A stretch of 64,000 bases of DNA from a virus (Duplodnaviria > Caudoviricetes), in IMG/VR virus record IMGVR_UViG_3300036987_000310, positions 64,001 through 128,000 of that record. One strand, given 5' to 3'. A program made the translations under genes and the position numbers. Numbering within the stretch: the stretch's first letter is position 1; every line of letters starts with the position of its first letter. Below, piece by piece: positions 19,267-28,643 of this stretch. The notes under the pieces are model-generated. The model worked only from the letters and a program-made list of their open reading frames with translations. It was not told where the DNA came from and did not search any database.

Positions 19267-22095
19267 GTGTTTTTGCAACAAGCAGACGACAAAGTCTCAA
19301 TTAGTCGCGAGTGGTTTTCTCAATACGGGTTTCACCTTGTCGACGGCATTCCCAAGCTCAAAAAGCTTGTCGACATGTGCATCAGCAGGGGTTTGTACTC
19401 CATAGACTTGGAAACCACAGGGGTCGACAATCGGATTTACAAAGACGAGTATTTCGAAGACGGAAAAGTCACAAGACATGGCATGAGAACGATCGACAGG
19501 ATCGTCGGCGTGTGCATCTCGTTTGATGGTCAGCACGGGTACTACATTCCACTGTCGCATGAGCCGGAAGACTCTGGGAACCTTCCGTGGAATGAGGCAT
19601 GGGACGAGCTTTCTAGGCTTGTCAACAGTAAAGCTCGGGCAATTTTTCACAACAAGAAGTTTGACGCAGAGTTTTTGTTCCCGGTTGTCGGGAAAGAATA
19701 TTACAAAGTAGATGAGCATGAAGACACCATGCTTTTGGCCAGAGTGATAAACCCAATCAGAAGTTCTCCTGCTGGTCTTAAGCCGCTGACGAAGATTCAT
19801 TTCGGCATTGAAATGGTAGAACTCGATGAGCTTTTCACGCCAGAGAAAAAAGAGCAGCTGCGCAAGGAGAAGAAAAAGTACAACTTTGCTCTTCTCCATC
19901 CGAGAGAAGGTCTCGAGTATGGATGTTCAGACGGGATTTTTACATACAAACTGTGGTTTTCTATGAAAGACAAAATCCACGGCCACGACTTGATGATGTA
20001 CAATCTGGAAAAGTCGTTTTGCAACGTGGTCCAGAAGATGGAGCGGAACCGCGTTCACGTGGATGTTGAACGTGTCGAACAATTGTCGGTGGAATGCGAC
20101 ACCATGTTGAAAGAGACCGGCGACACTGTCCGGAACATAATTGAGTCCAAAACAGGCAACACCGGCAAATGGCGCACTTTGAATGTCGGGTCCCCGAAAC
20201 AGCTCTCTATGGCTTTGCTTACGGACCCTGAGGGGCTGCTGCTCAAGCCAACGAAGTTCATGCTCGGCGACGATGGCGATGCGTTGTCCGACGACAACGA
20301 TGACGATGATGATGACGACGGAAGCACTGCGCAAAAGCAGTATACGCTCAAGGACGAAGCCTTGAAGTCAATGGACGCTGCTTACGGAAAGCTTTTTAAA
20401 ATCCAACGCAACGGCGTCGTTGACAAAGAAGGAAAACCGAAGCCAGAAAGCATATTTGACATTGTGCTTGAATATAGGCACTATTTGAAGATGAAGGGGT
20501 CATATATAGACAAACTCATGGCCTCGCACGACAAATATGGCGACGTTCGGCCTGTGTTTAATCAAATGGGCACGGATACAACTCGCATGTCTTCGAAAGC
20601 TGGAAAAATAGCAGACGGGTTTTCCGGCATCAACTTCCAGGGGATTCCTCGGGATTCGGACGATGACAAGCCCGAACTGTTTAAACAGATCCGCACATGC
20701 ATCATTCCGCGTCCTGGATGGTTTCTCGTGAAACTTGACTACTCTGGCGAAGAGCTTCGTGTTGTGACCAATCTGTCTGGCGACCCTGTGTGGACAAAAT
20801 CTTTTTTGCACGAAGACGGGGACGTCCATAGCATCACTTCAAAAACATTGTTCGGCAAAAGCGACGTTTCCAAAGACGAAAGAAACCGCGGCAAACGATG
20901 CAACTTTGCATTCATCTATGGCGGAGGAGCCGGAGCCATCTCTCGTAACGTCGGGTGCTCCATTGAAGACGGTAGCAGACACATGGCGAATCTTCGCGCC
21001 GCCGTGCCTGTTTTGATGGGGTATGTTGATTATCAGAAGGAGTTTGCGCGCAAACACAAATGCATATATACGGCATTTGGGCGCCGTATCCCAATCCCGA
21101 CGATAGACTCCCCGATCAGGGCGATTAGGGCTAAGGCTGAAAGATGCGCGATCAATTACACGATTCAGGCTACTAGCGCCGACGTGTTGAAATTTGCTCT
21201 ATGTCTAGTTGATAAAAAGATCCGCGAACTCAAATGGGAAGATCGCGTTCGATACGTCATGACAGTGCACGACGAAGTCGTGTATGAAGTGAAGCCGGAG
21301 TTTTTGATGGAAGTCGTCAGGAAGCTCGATGAATGGATGACGTTCCCATGGAAGCTTCCTAAGGCTCACGGCCGGGACTGGCAAGTCCCTCTCATGACTG
21401 AGCCTGGAATTGATGTCAACTGGAAGGCCAGGTATGACTATTTCAAGATGGTCGATGGCGTTCCTCCTGTTCCAAAGGACATAGTTGACGGCGTTTTTAA
21501 AGGCAAGCTGAAAAAAGACGAGTTTTTCTCAAACGGAAAAATATACCAAAAGGTACCCTCATTTCTCGATGGTTACATATACCGTTTGGAAGAGGACGCT
21601 GACTCAAGAGTACCTCAAGAGATACTCGAGCCTGATGCTGGTGTGGCTTCTTCAGGTCAAGCGCCTGAGAAAATGCCTGATGCTGGTGTGGCTTCTTCAG
21701 ATCAAGCGCCTGAGAAAATGCCTCCCGCGCCAACAGAAACGCCAACAGAGACGCTTGCGACTGACTCCCTGCCCGATATAGGCTTGGAGGTGTCGGAGCC
21801 CACTCTGGACAAAGAAAACCCCGGGAAGACAGTTATGTTGTCGGCGACTTTGACGCGAACGGGGCCTTTGGTTAAAGCGCCTGAAAATTCACCGGGACAG
21901 GTGTTCAGGTGGATTTTTGGAGCCATTCCCTCAAAATCTGCCATGAAAAAACTCCACGCCGCGTGCGTGCTTGCTGAGGGAGATGTTCCGATCCGAATTG
22001 TCAATCAAAAAGGAGACATCCTGATCAGCGAATCCGAGAAAATTCTTGTTGATGCCGCCAAATTCAAGGTGTTGGCTGAACTGTTCGGTATTTGA
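19267..22095 (+). CDS. polA: Family A DNA polymerase with 3'-5' exonuclease
   Basis: ExoI SIDLETTG, ExoII FHNKKFD, ExoIII YGCSD; polymerase motif A KLDYSGEELR, motif B RNRGKRCNFAFIYG, motif C VHDE. Confidence 0.92.
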   Translation: MFLQQADDKVSISREWFSQYGFHLVDGIPKLKKLVDMCISRGLYSIDLETTGVDNRIYKDEYFEDGKVTRHGMRTIDRIVGVCISFDGQHGYYIPLSHEPEDSGNLPWNEAWDELSRLVNSKARAIFHNKKFDAEFLFPVVGKEYYKVDEHEDTMLLARVINPIRSSPAGLKPLTKIHFGIEMVELDELFTPEKKEQLRKEKKKYNFALLHPREGLEYGCSDGIFTYKLWFSMKDKIHGHDLMMYNLEKSFCNVVQKMERNRVHVDVERVEQLSVECDTMLKETGDTVRNIIESKTGNTGKWRTLNVGSPKQLSMALLTDPEGLLLKPTKFMLGDDGDALSDDNDDDDDDDGSTAQKQYTLKDEALKSMDAAYGKLFKIQRNGVVDKEGKPKPESIFDIVLEYRHYLKMKGSYIDKLMASHDKYGDVRPVFNQMGTDTTRMSSKAGKIADGFSGINFQGIPRDSDDDKPELFKQIRTCIIPRPGWFLVKLDYSGEELRVVTNLSGDPVWTKSFLHEDGDVHSITSKTLFGKSDVSKDERNRGKRCNFAFIYGGGAGAISRNVGCSIEDGSRHMANLRAAVPVLMGYVDYQKEFARKHKCIYTAFGRRIPIPTIDSPIRAIRAKAERCAINYTIQATSADVLKFALCLVDKKIRELKWEDRVRYVMTVHDEVVYEVKPEFLMEVVRKLDEWMTFPWKLPKAHGRDWQVPLMTEPGIDVNWKARYDYFKMVDGVPPVPKDIVDGVFKGKLKKDEFFSNGKIYQKVPSFLDGYIYRLEEDADSRVPQEILEPDAGVASSGQAPEKMPDAGVASSDQAPEKMPPAPTETPTETLATDSLPDIGLEVSEPTLDKENPGKTVMLSATLTRTGPLVKAPENSPGQVFRWIFGAIPSKSAMKKLHAACVLAEGDVPIRIVNQKGDILISESEKILVDAAKFKVLAELFGI
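21631..21720 (+). repeat. 45-bp tandem duplication within polymerase C-terminal linker
   Basis: cctgatgctggtgtggcttcttcag(g/a)tcaagcgcctgagaaaatg x2, one mismatch; encodes PDAGVASS[G/D]QAPEKM. Confidence 0.95.
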
Positions 22096-22131
22096 CATCA
22101 GCGAGGGCAGACCCCGTCACCACAGAAGCGA

Positions 22132-22788
22132 GTGTCTTGGCTGGAAAGACTCATTAACATGGTTGGAATGTTCGAATATGGTGAAGTTGAGTGTACGTGC
22201 TCAGACCATCTGACTAGACAAATAGCCATAAAAGTTAGTGCCCCGTGGTGCGTTGTTCAAACAGCCATGGCGATAATGCTTGGTCATGGGTTCGTAGACG
22301 CATTGTGTCTGAAGCAGCCGCTCGTGGCCTGGGTTCCGCAGATACCGCTTGATCGCTTTCAAGCTTCGGCAATTGCCGAAGTTCCAAACATGCCTGAAAG
22401 AGTTTCGGCAGTTGTTCAGGACAGGGTTTCCTCATCTTTGCAGCTGTTTGCCGACCTTGCGCAAGTGTTGAAAAACCCAGATGACGCAATCGGATTTCTC
22501 CCGATGGGAGTGTACGTGGTTTTTCAATTCCGAAGCACGTATGAAGGGTTAGCTGAGATTGTGCAAAAACTGGAGCCGATGGGGACTCCCGGCGTGCTCG
22601 AATTTCGCTATGCTGTCGCTTCAGTTTTGGCTGAAGTTCTCATCGACGCAGGAAGCATTGACAGTATCGAATTTGACGCTAACAATATACCATTTTTGCT
22701 TGGACCCGCTGCTCTTGACAATTTTTCCGATTTGGCAGCGTCCGCCATTCCCGCACAAGGACACGATTCTTTTCGCAAGGATGGATGA
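22132..22788 (+). CDS. Hypothetical protein, weak resemblance to ThyX fold without catalytic motif
   Basis: DDAIGFLPMG...FRSTYEGL...EFRYAVASVL echoes the ThyX C-terminal EDARxxLP...EIR pattern; no RHR motif. Confidence 0.4.
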   Translation: MSWLERLINMVGMFEYGEVECTCSDHLTRQIAIKVSAPWCVVQTAMAIMLGHGFVDALCLKQPLVAWVPQIPLDRFQASAIAEVPNMPERVSAVVQDRVSSSLQLFADLAQVLKNPDDAIGFLPMGVYVVFQFRSTYEGLAEIVQKLEPMGTPGVLEFRYAVASVLAEVLIDAGSIDSIEFDANNIPFLLGPAALDNFSDLAASAIPAQGHDSFRKDG

Positions 22789-23481
22789 AAAGAGCTCAAT
22801 TCGGTGAAACGCCAGGTTTGCCGACTGTTCCATCCCAGCTGCGTTCTCCCTGCCAAACTCTATCTCATGCCACGGACCGTCCATTTGTACGAAAGACACC
22901 ACGTCTGCCAGCTTTTGTTTTGCAATTTCCACTATTTTGTCCGGGTCGGACAAATGAGCAAATGCTATTTCGTTCCCTGACAAAGCTATTAGAGCATGCT
23001 CTTTTTCTGCCTCATGGGCTGCTATGGCTAGACTTGATGTTATGCCAGGGTGCACTATGGGCCCCGCCTTGTGCAGGTCTCCATCCATGCCTCGATATTC
23101 TGGGGGATGGTAAACGTCTTTTTCCCCTATTGGCATTACAGACAGGCCGGTTTCGCAGCTGACTAGATATAAGCCAGGGGCTTTCCTTTGTTGTTCCAGC
23201 TCTTCCAGCAGCGTTCCCGCGGCTTTGTCAAGAAGATGCTCAGTTCCGGGCTTCACAAGCTCCACAGCTTTGACGAGATACGATTTCGCCTCGATGGCTT
23301 TGTCGTGAGCGGCAACCACGTCGGCAAGTTCTTGATTTTGTTGCAAAAGATTGCGCAGCTGTAGCAAATATCCAGCCACAACATCTTTTTCCACGCGCTT
23401 TGCGAGAGGAGACCCCGGAATTCGAGCCAAGACGGATCCCGGGTCGTCCCCCCATTCATAGTCATTCTTCGCCATCGTCAA
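22621..23481 (-). CDS. Hypothetical protein
   Basis: 286-aa ORF with normal composition; coupled to the upstream minus-strand gene. Confidence 0.55.
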   Translation of the reverse strand: MTMAKNDYEWGDDPGSVLARIPGSPLAKRVEKDVVAGYLLQLRNLLQQNQELADVVAAHDKAIEAKSYLVKAVELVKPGTEHLLDKAAGTLLEELEQQRKAPGLYLVSCETGLSVMPIGEKDVYHPPEYRGMDGDLHKAGPIVHPGITSSLAIAAHEAEKEHALIALSGNEIAFAHLSDPDKIVEIAKQKLADVVSFVQMDGPWHEIEFGRENAAGMEQSANLAFHRIELFSSILAKRIVSLCGNGGRCQIGKIVKSSGSKQKWYIVSVKFDTVNASCVDENFSQN

Positions 23482-23968
23482 AAACGAAGACGCAGCCAGG
23501 CCCCGCCTCCGCCTCCTCTGTTTTTAAATTGTGGCCCCCGACCATGACCGGTTGTTCAAATGGCGTGTTGGGGGCGTTGGCCTGACGCACGGGCAGTTGC
23601 TCTTCGACTGGCGTCACTGCTTCCTTTGTGTCAGCATCTGTGTCTGGAACGTCATCATATGTCATGAATTCATCGGGCGCTGGTGATGGAACTGTCTCAA
23701 ATGACGGAGTGCTGACAATTTCTGGAATTTTCCCTGAACCAATGGGTTCGAACTTTAGGTTGGCTGCGCTTGGATTGTTTGATCTCTGCACATTTTCAAA
23801 CAAAACCGATCTCCAGTTTTTGACTCGATTGTCAAAAACTGATGCGTTCCCCCAACTCCTTGCACATTCTCTATTGGAGCACAGAGTGCAAAACTCTCGA
23901 TTAAAAGCGTCAATCGGAGCTCCTTTGAACTCTGACATGCACTCGCTCAAGTAGTCGGCTTTGTCCAT
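23462..23968 (-). CDS. Hypothetical protein with Cys cluster and acidic/Pro-rich tail
   Basis: FCTLCSNRECARS; TATCGT-N6-ATG upstream. Confidence 0.6.
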   Translation of the reverse strand: MDKADYLSECMSEFKGAPIDAFNREFCTLCSNRECARSWGNASVFDNRVKNWRSVLFENVQRSNNPSAANLKFEPIGSGKIPEIVSTPSFETVPSPAPDEFMTYDDVPDTDADTKEAVTPVEEQLPVRQANAPNTPFEQPVMVGGHNLKTEEAEAGPGCVFVFDDGEE

Positions 23969-24169
23969 TAATCGACGATACCACTAAGGTGTTGCACCCT
24001 TTCGGCAAAGGTGAGTCTATCTCTGAGCTAGTCGCTTACTTGAGTAGTGAGTCAAGGTAGGACGCGAACGCATCGATCGATGAACACAGTATAATCGTAC
24101 ATGCACAAAAACATTGTGCGAAGCTTGCGTCCGTGGTATGTTTAAAGTGTTTTTCGTCGGAGGTGTCAG

Positions 24170-24841
24170 ATGAGTCTGCCCATGGGGGAACGAATAAGGG
24201 TAGTTAAGACTTCTTCCAAGCCTTCAAAAGCGCCCCCGGAAAGACTTCCGTGGCCAAGGAAAGCCTCTGACGACCTTGACGTGGAACTCGGGGTTGACGT
24301 TGAGGCCAAAATTCAGGACATCACAAAGATCGTCCACAAATACTTTCGCGTGGCAGACATCCCAATGGAAGAGCTCATGCAAGAGGTTTTTGTGACGATA
24401 GTCCACAAAAACCACACGAGATCGGCCCACGATCCGCGGAAGAGCTCATTCGGCCATTATGTCTACATGATTGCAAACAACGTTTGCATAAACCTCGTTC
24501 ATCGCAAAAAGCGTTATGATAAAGAACGGGATTCCCTCGACGCCCCAAGCGGCTCTGACGATTCCAGGAGCTTGTTGGACACGCTGGACTCTTCCTCAGT
24601 TCGTCCATGGGACGAAGACCTCCTGAGCGACCATATGAAAAATATGGAGTACATCATGCGTCGTCATGGACAGAGGGACCTGGCGAGGTACATGCGAGCG
24701 GTCCGCAGCGGCGCTAGCCCAGATGTTATTAGAGAAGCGTTGTCTTGGGGTGATAGAAAGATGTCCAATAAAACAATTCGGGATTTCAGGATTCAGATAA
24801 AGATGACGCTAGGAGCGTTGTTGGACCAATCCGCAGCCTAA
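24170..24841 (+). CDS. RNA polymerase sigma-70/ECF-like factor
   Basis: EELMQEVFVTI...HDPRKSSFGHYVYMIANNVCINLVHR resembles sigma region 2; helical C-terminus; strong SD GGAGGT. Confidence 0.7.
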   Translation: MSLPMGERIRVVKTSSKPSKAPPERLPWPRKASDDLDVELGVDVEAKIQDITKIVHKYFRVADIPMEELMQEVFVTIVHKNHTRSAHDPRKSSFGHYVYMIANNVCINLVHRKKRYDKERDSLDAPSGSDDSRSLLDTLDSSSVRPWDEDLLSDHMKNMEYIMRRHGQRDLARYMRAVRSGASPDVIREALSWGDRKMSNKTIRDFRIQIKMTLGALLDQSAA

Positions 24842-25077
24842 TTTCTGGCTTTCCAGCCGGAAATCATTTCCATATATTTGTTGATCATGCGGTCCAGCTT
24901 CATCGGCTGAACTTTTCCTTTCAAATTCATCGACAAATGGCTTCTTAGGAGTGGAAGAGCCGTTGCTGGGTTTTTTAGCAAGTCCCAACAGTTATCGCAC
25001 ACGTAAATGTCTTTTTCCAAGCCGTCTTGCTTTCCAACTCGAATTTTTCCAACAGAGTTGCAGTATTCGCACGTCAT
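24838..25077 (-). CDS. Small Zn-finger hypothetical protein
   Basis: CEYC...VCDNCW; ATGA overlap with the upstream gene. Confidence 0.55.
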   Translation of the reverse strand: MTCEYCNSVGKIRVGKQDGLEKDIYVCDNCWDLLKNPATALPLLRSHLSMNLKGKVQPMKLDRMINKYMEMISGWKARN

Positions 25078-25670
25078 GCTACGAATTCCTTAGCTATTGA
25101 AGCAATTATGTTGTCGAAATCCGGGCCTGGGTCCATGGACAGCTTCTCCGCAATCAAGAGAGCTATTGGCATCGGGGCTTTCGTTCTTAAAAAACTGTCT
25201 TTCCCAACCGCTATTTCAAATTGCTTCGCAAATGTTATATGTGCTTCCGACGATTCGTATGGCTCGTAAAAGTTGACGGACGTGGAACCCGGGCTGCAGG
25301 CTTCTGGGGGAGACTTGACGAAGTGGGCGGAACAAGTTGTGGGGCGAACTGGATAAGCGTCGCATCTGGCTTGGTTCAACACTGGACACGGAATGCCCAT
25401 TTTGAACCAAGCCAGAGGCTTCACTTTTGCCGCCATTTTTCTTTGCTCTTCTGCCGTTTTTGCCACTCTGTCCCATTTGCTGTTTTTCTTCAAAAAGTCC
25501 ACCATGACCATGGCTTCGGCCAAGCTTATAGCCACATATCTTTTACAGCAGGCGCTGCACCCTGGCTTGCATGAAACTTTCGAAGTTTTGACAACGCTAA
25601 TTGACGCCTGCTGAGTTGCTGCCTTCATCGCAGCCCTCACCGGTTCAATTATCGCCGTTTTGACGTTCAT
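25074..25670 (-). CDS. YkgJ/FliB-like Cys-cluster (Fe-S or Zn) protein
   Basis: CKPGCSACC, CPVL...CDAYPVRPTTC. Confidence 0.75.
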   Translation of the reverse strand: MNVKTAIIEPVRAAMKAATQQASISVVKTSKVSCKPGCSACCKRYVAISLAEAMVMVDFLKKNSKWDRVAKTAEEQRKMAAKVKPLAWFKMGIPCPVLNQARCDAYPVRPTTCSAHFVKSPPEACSPGSTSVNFYEPYESSEAHITFAKQFEIAVGKDSFLRTKAPMPIALLIAEKLSMDPGPDFDNIIASIAKEFVA

Positions 25671-26005
25671 TAGTTCACGATTGGGAACGCATCGTCCAAC
25701 GATCTGTTTTGTATGTCGGCTGTGACGGTTTTTAGGATGGATGCGTCTTCTGTAAGGCGCCCTATGCTTTCGATAGCTCGTCGTCTAATTTGTTCTTCTA
25801 TTTTTTCCCTGCACCATTTGCTTGTCAACAAACGCCGATGCAAAAGGTCCCTTGCTTCGAAAACGAGCTGGTTTTCCACCGCCAATACCGAGTGGCCTGT
25901 CGGACATAGATGCTCTAGTAGACATTTTCGCGCAAATCGCGTGGCGTATAGCTCAATTGGTTTCAACAAGCCCTTTTTTGAGTTGGCCACGACTTCGATT
26001 TTCAT
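25670..26005 (-). CDS. Hypothetical protein
   Basis: 111-aa ORF coupled on both sides by overlapping start/stop. Confidence 0.5.
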   Translation of the reverse strand: MKIEVVANSKKGLLKPIELYATRFARKCLLEHLCPTGHSVLAVENQLVFEARDLLHRRLLTSKWCREKIEEQIRRRAIESIGRLTEDASILKTVTADIQNRSLDDAFPIVN

Positions 26006-26661
26006 TGAACGCTGCTCACGGCCTGGCTGCTCTCCACCTGACTGATGAAGCTTTCGGCCTCGGCATCGTCAACTTTGTTATTGAACAAAGAAAACTGGTC
26101 TTCGTGTCGGGAAAACGACTTCTCGTCCTTCAACACGTTGTACAGGGACTGCCTGGACCAGTACCCCCATTTTGACGTAGCCTTTTTCCAAATGTCGGCA
26201 GCAGACATTTGGGTTTTATCTGCAAGGATTTGCTTCACCGCATCTTTGAGAAGAGGGCGCCCTTCCACAGTCTTTTTTTCGGAAGCAGAGGCTGCTTTCG
26301 CCGGCTTGGCGGGCGCGGGTTTCTTTGCCTCGGGCGCTGGCTTCTTCGCTGCCTTTGGCGCGGGTTTCTTTGCCGCGGGCTTCTTCGCCACGGGCTTCTT
26401 CGCCACGGGCTTCTTCGCTGCGGGCTTGGGTTTTGGCTCAAGTTTTTGCGCAGGCGCGGGCTTCTCCACTTTTGCCGTCTGCACGTTCGATAGGCCTCCC
26501 ATCAGGCCCTTCATCTCCTTGACAGCATCGGTCAAAACCGCCTTTTGCTTGTTGATGGCAATAACGGAGTTGTCGATTCCCTTCAGCAACGAGTTGATTC
26601 TGGCGATTGCTTGCTTCGGGGTTTTCTTTGTTTTCGGGGTTTTCTTTGTCTTCGTATCCAT
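26002..26661 (-). CDS. Histone H1/AlgP-like Lys-Ala-Pro repeat DNA-binding protein with C-terminal winged-helix-like domain
   Basis: AAKKPVAKKPVAKKPAAKKPAPK repeats (15-bp DNA repeats at about 26340-26430); LKDAVKQIL...MSAADIW...SRQSLYNVL resembles a wHTH. Confidence 0.7.
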   Translation of the reverse strand: MDTKTKKTPKTKKTPKQAIARINSLLKGIDNSVIAINKQKAVLTDAVKEMKGLMGGLSNVQTAKVEKPAPAQKLEPKPKPAAKKPVAKKPVAKKPAAKKPAPKAAKKPAPEAKKPAPAKPAKAASASEKKTVEGRPLLKDAVKQILADKTQMSAADIWKKATSKWGYWSRQSLYNVLKDEKSFSRHEDQFSLFNNKVDDAEAESFISQVESSQAVSSVQ

Positions 26662-26662
26662 G

Positions 26663-26911
26663 TCACTTGCCTTTCTTGTCGTTGGATCCGTCGATCCGAC
26701 GCTGGATTCTAGTCACGTCAGCAAAGCTGACAATGTTAAGCGTCCGGCATATTTTTTCTTTTTGGTGGCTAAAATTGTCGAGAATGGCTTTTTGTCTCGG
26801 CATGTCAGCCGCCTCAAACGCTGCTTTGGCGCTTGACCATAGGGCGTCCCAATTTATTTTTTGTTTTTTGGCAGACGCCCTTGAAACTTGTAACTTGTAT
26901 GGTTGTCCCAT
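26663..26911 (-). CDS. Basic hypothetical protein
   Basis: 82-aa ORF heading the minus-strand operon. Confidence 0.45.
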   Translation of the reverse strand: MGQPYKLQVSRASAKKQKINWDALWSSAKAAFEAADMPRQKAILDNFSHQKEKICRTLNIVSFADVTRIQRRIDGSNDKKGK

Positions 26912-26920
26912 TTGTCAGAC

Positions 26921-26950
26921 TTTACAATTTGAACAATCTTTTTGTATAGT
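26921..26950 (+). promoter_or_regulatory. Sigma70-like promoter, probably leaderless
   Basis: TTTACA (26921-26926), 18 nt, then TATAGT (26945-26950); ATG only 5 nt downstream. Confidence 0.6.
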
Positions 26951-26955
26951 AATAT

Positions 26956-27123
26956 ATGACATATGACGAATTTTCCGGCAAGCTGCGCGAGATAAAGGAA
27001 GAGTATGAGTGCGCCAAAAAGTCAAAAATGAGCACCATAAAACAGCTTGAGGACTATCTCGTTGAACGTAAGGGAAGACGTTTTTCCAAGGGTTTGAAAT
27101 CGCTAAAAGGCCTGAAAGTGTGA
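26956..27123 (+). CDS. Small basic hypothetical protein (55 aa, below ORF-track cutoff)
   Basis: MTYDEFSGKLREIKEEYECAKKSK...LKGLKV*; immediately after the promoter, 4 nt before the next gene. Confidence 0.5.
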   Translation: MTYDEFSGKLREIKEEYECAKKSKMSTIKQLEDYLVERKGRRFSKGLKSLKGLKV

Positions 27124-27127
27124 GAAC

Positions 27128-27454
27128 ATGAACGTTTCTGACGCTTGGACCGTTCTTGGTAAAGATTGGAACTCAATAGCTGAGACCCTCTCGTCTTTAC
27201 CCGACGCTGCCGCTCGTATTCAAGCCACTGAAAGCCTGCTCATTGATGCCAAGAAGCTTGCCAAGAAGTTGATGGCCGTACATCATCCGGACAAAAATCC
27301 TGGAGATTTTGACGCTGCCGCTCGATTCCAACGCGTGAAAGACGCTTTGTTGACGATAGAAGATAACACGGAATCGTTTAAAGCCAAACACGAGTCTATG
27401 AAAGCTCGCGCTGAACAGAGAGCAGCCTCGGATGGCTTCATCGTGATAAAGTAG
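27128..27454 (+). CDS. Stand-alone J-domain protein
   Basis: DAWTVLG...AKKLMAVHHPDKNPGD...RFQRVKDA. Confidence 0.75.
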   Translation: MNVSDAWTVLGKDWNSIAETLSSLPDAAARIQATESLLIDAKKLAKKLMAVHHPDKNPGDFDAAARFQRVKDALLTIEDNTESFKAKHESMKARAEQRAASDGFIVIK

Positions 27455-27476
27455 ACCTCTCATCGGGTGGTTTTTC

Positions 27477-28238
27477 GTGCCAATCCTAACAGCCATCCAG
27501 TATAAGCCCCGGTTTGCCACTTGTTCGGCAGACGTGTCTGACAACTTCAGGAGATGCGCCGACCTGGTGAATCAAGCCGCAGCGCTCGGGTCAGAAGTTG
27601 TTGTTTTTCCGGAGCTGACTTTCACAGGATATAGCTTTCTGTCGTTTGACGACGCCATACTTGTTGCAGAGCGTCGTGACGGGCCTACGTTCCAACGCAT
27701 GTCCAACATGGCGAAGATCTTGAAATGCTATGTTGTGTGGGGTTTTGTCGAAGCAGACGGGGACTTTTTATATAACTCAGCTTCCATGGCTGGTCCGAAC
27801 GGGGAGTTGCTTTTGACAAACAGGAAACTGAATCTTTGGGGAAATGATTTCCTGTGGGCCACGCCAGCAGACGACCTTCCCGGGATAGTTCAAACCGAGC
27901 TCGGGTGGCTGTCTGTTGTGGTGTGTAGAGATATTATCGATAAAGTTCCCGCAAAATCTGGAAAACCTGGAGTTTTTGTCAACAGGAAGGTTGACCTTGT
28001 AGCCGCACCCATGAACTGGGGAGGCGGGGGGTTTCCTGCAACTGATTGGATGGAGTTTTCGCAGAACAACTCGTGCGCCTTAATAGTTGCCAATAGATGG
28101 GGCGTTGAAGAAAACAGGTCTTTTCGACACGATTTCGGCCAGGGTGGGTCATTGATTGTCGGGAAAGATCTGAAGTCGCACATAGGTGGTTTGAAGTTCA
28201 ACAGCAACAGCGTGGTCGCCGCTATGGTCGACCTTTGA
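27477..28238 (+). CDS. Carbon-nitrogen hydrolase (nitrilase superfamily)
   Basis: Glu-Lys-Cys triad: VVFPELTFTGY, NRKLNL, VVVCRD; YNSA motif. Confidence 0.85.
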   Translation: MPILTAIQYKPRFATCSADVSDNFRRCADLVNQAAALGSEVVVFPELTFTGYSFLSFDDAILVAERRDGPTFQRMSNMAKILKCYVVWGFVEADGDFLYNSASMAGPNGELLLTNRKLNLWGNDFLWATPADDLPGIVQTELGWLSVVVCRDIIDKVPAKSGKPGVFVNRKVDLVAAPMNWGGGGFPATDWMEFSQNNSCALIVANRWGVEENRSFRHDFGQGGSLIVGKDLKSHIGGLKFNSNSVVAAMVDL

Positions 28239-28244
28239 GGCATT

Positions 28245-28640
28245 ATGGCAGATGACTGCAGTCAAACTCCATGCAGACGAGACCCTAATGAAGAGTATGG
28301 CCCGAACACTCGGGTCAACCCAGACGCCACAAAGTGCACATTATGCACTGGAGACAAAACGAACAACATTTTCTATGTTCCTAGGGCTGAAGGGTACCCA
28401 TGGAGATGCGTGCTGGACGAGTTAACATACGAGCAGGTGGCCTCTGTCATTCAACGCGTTCCTGGGGCCAAAGAAGACTTGATGCGGATAACGGACGATC
28501 CCATACTGCTAGCCATGGCTAGAGATTTGGAACTGGTGGAAGATCCGATTGACGAGAACGAGCGCATACGCAAAAGGCTGCATGCAAACAGCCTCCCCAT
28601 GTACACAGTCCTTAAGGGAAATATTGACGGAACCCCATAA
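28245..28640 (+). CDS. Hypothetical protein
   Basis: 131-aa ORF with GAGG upstream; CTLC motif. Confidence 0.5.
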   Translation: MADDCSQTPCRRDPNEEYGPNTRVNPDATKCTLCTGDKTNNIFYVPRAEGYPWRCVLDELTYEQVASVIQRVPGAKEDLMRITDDPILLAMARDLELVEDPIDENERIRKRLHANSLPMYTVLKGNIDGTP

Positions 28641-28643
28641 ATG

